Assembly (NCBI RefSeq): GCF_001194135.2
Contig: NC_069001.1
Span: 33,795,250 to 33,828,737 of the forward strand
Direction of reading: 5' to 3'
DNA: 33,488 nt
Source of the DNA: Octopus bimaculoides
Lineage: Eukaryota
Numbering within the stretch: position 1 is the first letter of the stretch; each line of letters opens with the position of its first letter. A program made the position numbers and the translations under genes. Of this stretch, positions 1-9,102 are shown one piece after another. Below the pieces are notes generated by a model. That model did no database searches and had not been told where the DNA came from. It saw nothing but the letters and a program-made list of their open reading frames with translations.

Positions 1-370
1 GCTTTTCTTTTCTTGCTCCTCTTCCTCCTTCCTTTCTGGGCTATTTGCCATTCCTCATTACTTTCATCTTCCGACGAAGGTTCTGAGGAATCGGAAGGGG
101 GTAGGGGCAAATTGTGAGCGTCTGTGTGTGGTTGTGTTGCTGTTTTTGTTGGTGCTGATGGCTTGTTATTTGTGTGAGGTGTGTGTGATGTGGGGGAGGG
201 GGAAACAGTCTTGGAATTTTCTTTCTTTTCCCCTGCTTCCTCACTTGTTGTTTTTGCAGATGCTGTTGTCTTCTCAGTTGCCAGTGTTGCTTGTTTACAG
301 TTATCTTCAGCGAGATATTTTCTCCATGATAAAAATGCAGTGAATGGCTTCCTTACGGCTTCGAATAAGC
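1..370 (-). CDS. Open frame without ATG running off the window edge; low-complexity Thr/Ser/Pro-rich protein with an acidic patch and basic cluster (gene exon or non-LTR ORF1-like remnant)
   Basis: Manual translation gives about 123 stop-free codons: GLFEAVRKPFTAFLSWRKYLAEDNCKQATL...PPSDSSEPSSEDESNEEWQIAQKGRRKRSKKRK. An upstream in-frame TGA lies near 371-373. It is not in the ORF track because no stop lies in the window. Confidence 0.35.
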
Positions 371-436
371 CTCAAGCATATTTGAACTCGTAACAAGTTG
401 CTATTTATAAATATCACTGCTTAGTGCCTCTACTCC

Positions 437-438
437 GT

Positions 439-470
<32 letters not shown>
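437..470. repeat. (GT)n microsatellite
   Basis: Direct inspection. Confidence 0.95.
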
Positions 471-1012
471 TTGTTGGGAGGTCGTAATTGGAGAGGTAAA
501 ATTTTAATTGTAACATTGAAGTTGTAAGATTTCTTTTTTCGTTCAGTGTAGACAGAGAGAAAAATAGGAAAAGAAGATTTGGAAAAATGGGCAGATTAGA
601 AAGAGAGGGAGAGTGAGAGAAAAAGTTGTGAGTATAAAAATAGGGTGAAAATGATATGTTTAGAATTCAATCAGGAAGATAGGCATAAAAAATCTTTGCT
701 AAAAGAGCCTTAAATGATACGTGACTTCAATGACAATGCAAAAGAATTACCAGCTAATATTAAGCAACTCTGTAGAATGTTGCAACAAAACACAGTATTA
801 TTGTTCACTTTCAATGAACATACATACATCTATATGTACGAATAGATAAATTATAAATCATAAATATCTGCTACCCACTAGTAAATGTGGGAATCTGTAT
901 GAGTATGTGCACATATACTTCCCGACAGACAAGTTTGGTTGCAAAGAAAGAGAACTATATAAGTGAGTATGTTATAAATAAGCAAAATAAGTTTAACCTT
1001 ATGCTGATTAAA

Positions 1013-1016
<4 letters not shown>

Positions 1017-1059
<43 letters not shown>
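1017..1059. repeat. (TA)n microsatellite
   Basis: Direct inspection. Confidence 0.95.
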
Positions 1060-1062
<3 letters not shown>

Positions 1063-1640
1063 AAACAAGTTAAGGATAATGATCATTACATTTTTTTTTC
1101 ACTGGAACAATTTGGCTTACAGCTGTTTCCAGTAGTTATTATAGGTACATTACTAATAGGGTTACTCGATTGGTTTATTGATCAATTGAGTAAAATTGAA
1201 CAACTGAAGAAAATTGAATGCTATTTTCGTCATATATATATAGTTGAGGGCTATTCCGTTAAGAACGCATTAGAGTACAAAATAGAGCTGGTTCACCCTT
1301 AGAATTACCAGATAGCCAGCAGTATTATGGTATGTTACCATATCCAGGCTTTGGAACTTTTCGTGTATGAAAAATAAAAAAAAGAAAGAATAGAGCTCTA
1401 TTTTTTTCTTTATATACATACATACATATATATATGTATCAAACTCTCTCATGCACCAAATGTCAATTCCTGAAGTAAAATTGTGTAGCAACACCAAATG
1501 GCGGTGCCCCAGCATGGCCACAGCTCATGAGCTGAAACTAGATAAAATGAAAATGAAAAAATGAATTAAGTATTATAACATTGATGTGATGCTTATTGAA
1601 TACTTACTTTTGCACCATCACCTCTGTATGTTTGTATATA

Positions 1641-1767
1641 CAGGGTGTCCACAAGGTTTGGGTACATGGAGTAAATAAAATCATAACATAAACAATTAAA
1701 TATAAGAAATAATAATTTCTTAAAGTATGTGTTGATCCCCATGTACCCAGACTTTGTGGACACCCTG
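1641..1767. mobile_element. Tc1/mariner-type MITE, 127 bp
   Basis: 29-bp TIRs CAGGGTGTCCACAA(G/A)GT(T/C)TGGGTACATGG match at 27/29 positions. TA flanks both ends (1639-1640 and 1768-1769). Confidence 0.9.
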
Positions 1768-1849
1768 TATAATTGCAACATTCTACGTTGTTTTCTGTTC
1801 AGCGTGAGAAGAGAAATTCAGGAAGAATAGGTCGGGGAATAGGAAATGA

Positions 1850-1970
1850 GAGAGAGAGACATAGGGAGAGAGAAAATGGTAGAACAGAGGATGAGGAGGA
1901 GATGAGAGAGGGAGGGAGGGAGAGAGAGAGAGAGAGAAAGATTGTGTGTGTGTGTGTGTGGGGGGGGGGG
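1850..1970. repeat. Compound (GA)n/(GT)n/poly-G low-complexity tract
   Basis: Direct inspection. Confidence 0.85.
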
Positions 1971-2194
1971 AGAATAAAATTTGGGCGTAAAAAATCGTTT
2001 AGAATTCAGTGAGGAGTCTAATCGTAAAATATCTTTGTTACAAGAGCGTTGATTCGAACGGAAACAATCCTTGTTAATATTGCACTATTTATGTATAATG
2101 TTACACCGAACACTTATATTGTTTTCCCGTATTAATTTCAAATCATCGAACGTAGTTATATTTATGTATTTATTTGTGTATTTACTTGGTTAAG

Positions 2195-2400
2195 ACATTG
2201 GACTGCGTCCACACTAGGACACTGCTTCAATGGGGTTTAGTCAAGTCAAGAAATCTGCCCCGGTCCCTTTTTTAAATTTTTTAAGTCTGACACCTATTCT
2301 GTTGATTTATTTTGCCGAACCACGGATTTATGGGAACGTAAACGAACCAAGACTGGTAATCAAGAGTTGGGGGACAAACTCAAAACCACACACACATAGA
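2195..2400 (-). mobile_element. SINE family A, degraded 3' half
   Basis: Reverse complement resembles the 3' half of the full copy at 29456-29868 (ttttgccgaacc...gtaaac...ggggacaaac). Confidence 0.6.
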
Positions 2401-2411
2401 TAAATACATAT

Positions 2412-2865
2412 ATAATAATAATGTTCGTCCGTCGTTGTCGACGATGACCACCAGGGCATCAGATGGGAGAAGATGGGTCACAGTGTGGCCGATCAGACCA
2501 ATTTGTGCTCGGAAGGTCCTGCGTAGATCGGGCTCTGGTGGTTAGCTGCGAATGAAGGAAAGGTGTTGGTTTAGAGCTTGCGTAGCTCACGTCTTTTTTG
2601 TGCTCCTGCGATCCTGTTCTGTCTGTTTGAGGTGGAACCTCTGTTGGTGCAACTACGCCAGGCAGGGTGGTCCCGTGCTTGTATTTCCCAGGGGTCAGGA
2701 TTGATCTGAAAGCATTTCAGTGAGGTTTTGTGTTCATCTTCGAAGTGCTTTTTCTACCCACCTTGTGTGCGCTTACCTTCTGCCAATTCACAGTCTTTTG
2801 GGTAATCGTGTGCCAGACATTCGAACAAGGTGGCCTGGCTGAGTAAAATGTCTTCGTTACATGAG
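2412..2865 (-). mobile_element. RTE-clade (BovB-like) LINE 3' fragment: degenerate end of RT, C-terminal Zn-finger-like region and 3' tail
   Basis: Minus-strand translation with frameshifts and stops: GHLVRMSGTRLPKRL/ELAEGKRTQGG*KKHFEDEHKTSLKCFQINPDPWEIQARDHPAWRS...RTFRAQIGLIGHTVTH. This is followed by GGTCATCGTCGACAACGACGGACGAAC and a short (TTA)n tail. Confidence 0.85.
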
Positions 2866-3115
2866 CGTTAATTGAATCGTGACAGCGAAGGAAAAAAAGC
2901 GATCCCTATCAAAATCACACTAATTCTATGTAATGTCATACCAAACACATGCATTGTTTTCCAATATTAATTTCAAATCAACATGCGTAGTTATATTTGT
3001 TTATTTACTTGTTTAAGTCATTGAAGTGTGTCTATGATGGGTTTTGTTATTAGAGTTGCTTAATATGTTTTGCTAAAATTGCAGTTTCTTTTCAGATATC
3101 ATCAGAAAAAGATAA

Positions 3116-3410
3116 TTGAAATTCATTAAAATAACAGATCTATCGGACTTTCAAAGAGGTCAAATTGTTGGTGCTCATATGGCAGGCGCTAGCGTAAAGA
3201 AAACAACCGAAATGTTTGGTATATCGAGAAGTACTGTTTCGAAAGAAATGACAGACTTTGAGAAAGGGAAAAAACCTTCTCGTCGAAACAAAACTCCGGA
3301 AGAAAACCAAAACTTTCAGATAGGGACCGTCGGACTCTTACGCGAATTGTTAGAGAGGATCACAAAAGTACAGCTCCCAAAATTACTGCAGTGCTTAATG
3401 ACCACCTCGC
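3116..3410 (+). pseudogene. Tc1-like transposase N-terminal (paired-like HTH) fragment, frameshifted
   Basis: DLSDFQRGQIVGAHMAGASVKKTTEMFGISRSTVSK continues after a frameshift near 3280-3290 as NSGRKPKLSDRDRRTLTRIVREDHKSTAPKITAVLNDHL. No DDE domain follows. Confidence 0.85.
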
Positions 3411-3949
3411 TTTTTTAATGAACAATCGCTTAATGTCAAGGATGCTCTTCTGGATGCAATTGTAGTAGAAAATGGTCCGTTTCAGGGTTTGTACGATGTT
3501 GTCAAGTCTACGCTTACAACATACTTGGATTTGCCAGCGATGATGGGTAACAAGAGCGGGTTTTAAAAGTTATTGAGAAACAATATTCCAATATTGTATT
3601 TACAATAGGCTTGTGTTTGCCATTCGTTTGCACGGTGGAGCTGTACGACAGTCACCCCCCCCCCAAAAAAAAAACGAGCTTTCCTTCTTTTTTCCTCAGC
3701 GGATTCCTAGGTTTTCGATGACGGAGATTCCGAATATGCAACAAAATAACGTTTTCAAAATATTTAATTCCCCCTTACACCCAATTTAAAAATTTTTTTC
3801 GAATTTTTTTTTTTCAATCTACGTGGGAAAGTACGGAGATTAACCACATGGCAAGCAAAAAATTAATTAATTTCAAATTTTATATGAAAAAAAAAAAAAA
3901 AAATCCAAATTTGATCACAGTACATAGAAGACTTCTCAAGTGGGATATA

Positions 3950-4192
3950 TTTGTGTGTGTCTTTATGTCTGTGTGTTTGTCCCCCACCCACCCCCACCAT
4001 CACCGCTTGGCAACCAGTGTTGGTGTTTTTACGTCTGCGTAACCTGACGGTTTGACAAAAAGGGCGATAGAATAAGTACGAGACTCTAAGGGGTATAAAA
4101 AGGTACTGGAGTTGATTCGTTCGACTATAAATCCTTCAAGGTGGTGCCCCAGTATGGTCGCAAGTCTACTGTCTGATACAAGTAAAAGATTA
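3950..4192 (+). mobile_element. SINE family A, 3' half, diverged
   Basis: Matches the 3' half of 29456-29868 (tgtttgtcccc...cgcttg.caacc...gatagaataagtac...ggtggtgccccag.atgg). Confidence 0.75.
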
Positions 4193-4320
4193 AAAAAAAA
4201 AAGTTGTGCTTGAACATGGCTGTAGTCAAGTGAGCTAAACACGTAAATACACGAATAGATAAAGTTATAACCATGTATGTTTATTCAAATTGACGAATCA
4301 CATTCAGCTTTTGTGTAGCC

Positions 4321-4668
4321 TTTACTCTTTTACTCGTTTCAGTCATTTGACTGCGGCCATGCTGGGGCACCGCCTTTAGTCGAGTAAAAGCCTAGTACTT
4401 ATTCTGTCGGTTTCTTTTGCCGAACCGCTAAGTTATGGGGACGTAAACACACAAGTATCGGTTGTGAAGCGATGTTGGGGAGACAAACACAGACACACAA
4501 ATATATGACCGGCTTCTTTCAGTTTCCATCTACCAAATCCACTCACAAGGCTTTGGTCGGCCCGAGGCTATAGTAGAAGACACTTGCCCAAGATGCCACG
4601 CAGTGGGAATGAACCCAGAACCATGTGGTTGGTAAGCAAACTACTTACCACACAGCCACTCCTGCGCC
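4321..4668 (-). mobile_element. SINE family A, near full length
   Basis: Reverse complement of the 29456-29868 element, including the tRNA-like head (ggcgcaggagtggctgtgtggtaag...ggttcattccc) and the (agtaaaag) tail. Confidence 0.9.
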
Positions 4669-4738
4669 TTGATATTAGCAATGATTTCTTTTGCTTTGTC
4701 ATTCTTCGAGATAAACATTTCGGTGAAAGTCATTCATA

Positions 4739-5298
4739 NNNNNNNNNNNNNNNNNNNNNNNNNNNNNNNNNNNNNNNNNNNNNNNNNNNNNNNNNNNNNN
4801 NNNNNNNNNNNNNNNNNNNNNNNNNNNNNNNNNNNNNNNNNNNNNNNNNNNNNNNNNNNNNNNNNNNNNNNNNNNNNNNNNNNNNNNNNNNNNNNNNNNN
4901 NNNNNNNNNNNNNNNNNNNNNNNNNNNNNNNNNNNNNNNNNNNNNNNNNNNNNNNNNNNNNNNNNNNNNNNNNNNNNNNNNNNNNNNNNNNNNNNNNNNN
5001 NNNNNNNNNNNNNNNNNNNNNNNNNNNNNNNNNNNNNNNNNNNNNNNNNNNNNNNNNNNNNNNNNNNNNNNNNNNNNNNNNNNNNNNNNNNNNNNNNNNN
5101 NNNNNNNNNNNNNNNNNNNNNNNNNNNNNNNNNNNNNNNNNNNNNNNNNNNNNNNNNNNNNNNNNNNNNNNNNNNNNNNNNNNNNNNNNNNNNNNNNNNN
5201 NNNNNNNNNNNNNNNNNNNNNNNNNNNNNNNNNNNNNNNNNNNNNNNNNNNNNNNNNNNNNNNNNNNNNNNNNNNNNNNNNNNNNNNNNNNNNNNNNN
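4739..5298. other. Assembly gap (560 N)
   Basis: Run of N. Confidence 1.
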
Positions 5299-5374
5299 GT
5301 GGCACCACCACGAGTGCTTTACACCACCCGAGGGACTGGTCTTAACACTTCTGCTGCAACATAAATACACACAC

Positions 5375-5525
5375 ACACAAACATATTTCTTTGTTTGTGT
5401 TAACGTCCATGTAACTTGGCAGTTCAACAAAAAGACTGATAGAATAAGTACCAAGCTTAAAATAAAAAAAAAAAGCAAAATGTACTGGGAGCAATTCATT
5501 CAACTAAAAATTCTACAAAGCAGAG
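5375..5525 (+). mobile_element. SINE family A, degraded 3' portion
   Basis: gtaacttggcagttc...gactgatagaataagtacc...ctccagcgtgg resembles 29720-29830. Confidence 0.6.
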
Positions 5526-5639
5526 CTCCAGCGTGGGACACTTTCTAAAAAATAAAAGATTGTAACAGTAGAAACGGAAACTGGCTACTATAACCCTTGA
5601 AGCTTTCATGAAACACTCTTACACACTGAAACAAAGGAA

Positions 5640-5719
5640 AAGGAAAACAACAAAAAACATAAAGTTGATGTATTTTATTTCAATAAGAATTCACAAAATT
5701 TTGCAGCATAGAATTTATT
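5640..5719 (-). terminator. Probable E2F7/8 polyadenylation region
   Basis: Minus-strand AATAAA at 5719-5714 and 5679-5674. The second is followed about 15-35 nt downstream by the U/GU-rich TGTTTTTTGTTGTTTT. This implies a 3' UTR of about 1.9 kb. Confidence 0.55.
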
Positions 5720-6086
5720 AAAATAAAATATAGTTTTCTGAATTTGATTTTTTAAAAAAGAAATTTGCTGCTAAATTTATAAATAATTGCATGAGTATCA
5801 GTGAAAATGAGGAGTTGACATCACAAGATGGATATATTTATATATGTATAATATATATTATACATATTTATATAATATATCTATATGTTTAAATTTTTCC
5901 CTTATCACAGAATCTCTTAAGTCAACTTAATGCAAGATACAGAAACACTTTTGGCTGGAACCAACCATCAGTGACGCTTTTTAATGGAGATGGGTGTAAA
6001 AAAATAATAGTTCTCTTTAGGTTAATGAAGGGAAGGGAGAGGAGTGGGGGGAATGTATACAAAGGAATTCTTTGAAATGATCTGAG

Positions 6087-6145
<59 letters not shown>
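6087..6145. repeat. (TA)n/(CA)n compound microsatellite in the presumed 3' UTR
   Basis: Direct inspection. Confidence 0.9.
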
Positions 6146-7591
6146 CTTGTGCAAGCTGTTTGACTATAGACTCTTTTGAAAAAAGAGAATTAATACGAGT
6201 TTGTTATCACAAAGAACATGTCAGAAAATCCACAAACAAGTAAGGGGTGGATGCGATCTCCGCATTTAACCACGTTCAGGATAGTAAAGAGGGGAAAAAA
6301 AAAAGTGGGTAACAATATTTTATATAAAAATATCTCTTATGAATAAATACTGATTGATTTGGTTGCCTAAACAGAACAGAAAGTGCTTAAAAATATATGT
6401 CTTTGTGAAATTACTTCTCAGGGGAAACGGCAAGATAGATATTCAAATTGGGAAGGGGGCGGAATTGATGACAAAAGCGAACTGGTGAAAAGAAAAATGG
6501 AATAATAAATTGAAGATGATGATGATGATAATGGCAAAGAGCGATGTGCAACGTGGACATTACAAGGGAGATAACCTATAGTATCATTAATGAAAAGTTG
6601 TATGCCCTTGAAGAGCTCTACTGTTCACAAAACCGTTGAGTATATTTAGTGAGAGAATTGAAAATTTCTCTTGGTACCGTAAAGAAAAAAAAAAATAAAA
6701 AAATTGCATTTAGTGACTGAGATCTTTAAAATATATCGTTATTGTTTCAGTTTGGAAATTATCTTTGGAACAACCTACGGTCATTAATACTCAACGAAAT
6801 ACATGTAGAATGATTAAAATCAGCAGGAGGGAAGATAACCTCAATATGAGGCGACTTATCACAGTCTATGGGGGTATATATAATCTGCAAGTTAGATTTG
6901 AGAAACCAGAACACATCTACTACACTAAGTCAATCTAACTCAACAGTAAATTTAAAGTGATGACACTAATAATCTGGTGCATACAACTTTTAGAAAACAA
7001 CCCACATTTCGCTGTTAACTTTAGCATCATAACCTTAATTACAGAACACTGCTCAGCAGTAACAACAGTGTAAAGTGCTCAACTGAACAAAGTCAGTTAT
7101 TTCCTTTCATTGGCCAACAATTTAAAAGTAACTTATATATATTTATATAAATATATATAAGTATTGAACCTGTCTGACTGAGGACAGTGGTAGCAAATAT
7201 TATAAGATTTGATGAAGAAAATACTCCTTAAATTCACATTTTTTAAAATCCCAGCTAAAAGGTCTTTTAGAAAGCAGCTTGGCAATAGATTATAACATTC
7301 AAATAAAATATTAAGTAATAAAAAAATATAAATTAACTTTGGATATACTTCATTCTTTTGAGACATCTGGAATGACAAATACCAGGAAACTCTTTCTTTA
7401 ATGGCTGACCTCAAGGCAAAAGGAGAATATAAAAGTGACTGATAAAATGATATTTATGATATCACATGTTCCAAACAGTTAAAGAGTTAATATTGCATTT
7501 ACTCTTCGCTGATGGAGTTTATATACATAAACATAGCCCATAACAAGATCCCCTGTAGAAATGGAAAATGGAAAAGAAGAAAAAATAGAGA

Positions 7592-9102
7592 TTATGGAGA
7601 CTCAATTAAATTAAGTCGTCGAGCTGCACTGCTAGTACAAACTTGGGGTTTATCTTGTGTCAGGAGCTGGGGTTTGAGACGTTTTAAGTCAGACATCAAA
7701 TTAGAATGAGAAGACGAAGTTTCTAAGTTGGGGTTTGGTGTATTGCGGAAGAAAGAGTTGGGTGTGGCAAATGTTGTTAAGTCGTCAAATAATGTACAGG
7801 GAGACTGGAAAAAGATCTGGCTGTTAGGGGTTGTTACTTGGTTTGGAAGAGTTATTGGTGTGGGAGTTTTCAAATGTGAATTACTATTGTTACTTGTAGA
7901 TTGCACCAACTGAACTGGGGCCAATGTCATGGTGGGCTGGGAGACAGGAAAGGCAACTAAAGTTGGACTTGACTGTGGATTGTCAGTGATGGCAATGTTA
8001 GATACAGGAGACGAAGTAAATGTTAAAGGCATGACAATATGGGGACTGGAAAGCTGGTGCACCTTCACAGCTCTTGCAGAGATGCTGGCAAGTGTTGGAG
8101 TCATGTCAGTATTGGCATAGGCAAAGCTGTTGGTTGCTCCAGCAGGACTGGCAGTAACACTAGCCACAGCTAACAGAGGGAGCTGTACAACTGAAGAGGT
8201 TTGGTTAGAGATATGCATGAGCTTTGGTGTGGTTGGCTGGACATTGCACATGGAATGTTTGTTCATACAGCAGTTGCAGCCACACCCACCTTTAGGTGTA
8301 GTAGAAACAGCAGCAGCAGTAGTAGCAGTAGCTGCTGGTAACACAGCCTTGGAAGACTTGTCTTCCGATTCATGAACGGGAATGAGAGGTATAGCAAGAT
8401 CATCGTCAGGAATAACAATGGGACAGTCTGAGTCAAAATATTTAGCAGCTTGAAATTCTGGCTCTAAATGTAAAGCTCTGTTGGGAGATTGTCGTTTGCT
8501 ACTCTCAGAACTACCTGAGGGACTCTTCTGAAGATCAGCAGTTTCATCGTTGTCTTTATAATTTTCTTGAACTCGCCGTTTTTTCAAAAGTGGCTCACCT
8601 GGCAAGGAGGTTTCTGTTGGTTTTAAATTCTCTGAAACGGCATGCTTTTCTGACTGGTCCGCTGAAGGAGAAGACTGAGTTGAGGCATCCACTAATGACG
8701 TGGGTAAATTAGAGGCGACTGGAATTGGATCTTTCAAAGATTTTAAAACCGCTTCCATTTGTTTAGCTGTCAGATTGTTGTTTGTGGAATGCTTAATTAA
8801 AGAATGAGAACATTCTACTCTGGGACTAAGCATCTTAGGAGCTGCCGGGGCAGATGAGCTCTGCAAGATTTTTGATGCACCAGTTGAAGCAGCTGTATTA
8901 CCTGGTATGGGAATGCTAACCTCTGAAATAGCTGTACTAGCAGCAGACCCATCACTGCAAGAAGCATTTACAGACTTAGAAACAGAGGCAGAATGATTGG
9001 CATTTGGAAGAACATGATATCCATGTATCTCATTTCCCTTCTGTACAAAGATTATATGCTGGGCATTACTTTCTTTCCTTTGCTGAATGGACTGGCACCA
9101 CT
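7592..9102 (-). CDS. E2F7/8: E2F7/8 coding exon 10 (terminal; S/T/P-rich tail, KKRR NLS-like motif, RRLNL)
   Basis: Acceptor ttgtttgtttcag|AG at 9103/9102 continues the phase-1 junction into the 518-aa ORF frame. Stop codon at 7594-7592. Confidence 0.9.

Noticed and set aside
3423-3566. About 48-codon plus frame (QSLNVKDALLDAIVVENGPFQGLYDVVKSTLTTYLDLPAMMGNKSGF*) and a Cys-rich alternative frame
   Set aside because: No start or splice context and no recognisable family. It may be a remnant of an unclassified DNA element, but I cannot support that.
4584-5499. Long ORFs in the track spanning 4584-5499 (also 25052-25522 and 26727-27333)
   Set aside because: They are open only because they run through N gaps. 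The flanks are SINE or LINE sequence.
7728-8375. Plus-strand ORFs of 61-81 aa
   Set aside because: They are antisense shadows of the E2F7/8 terminal exon, with no independent support.
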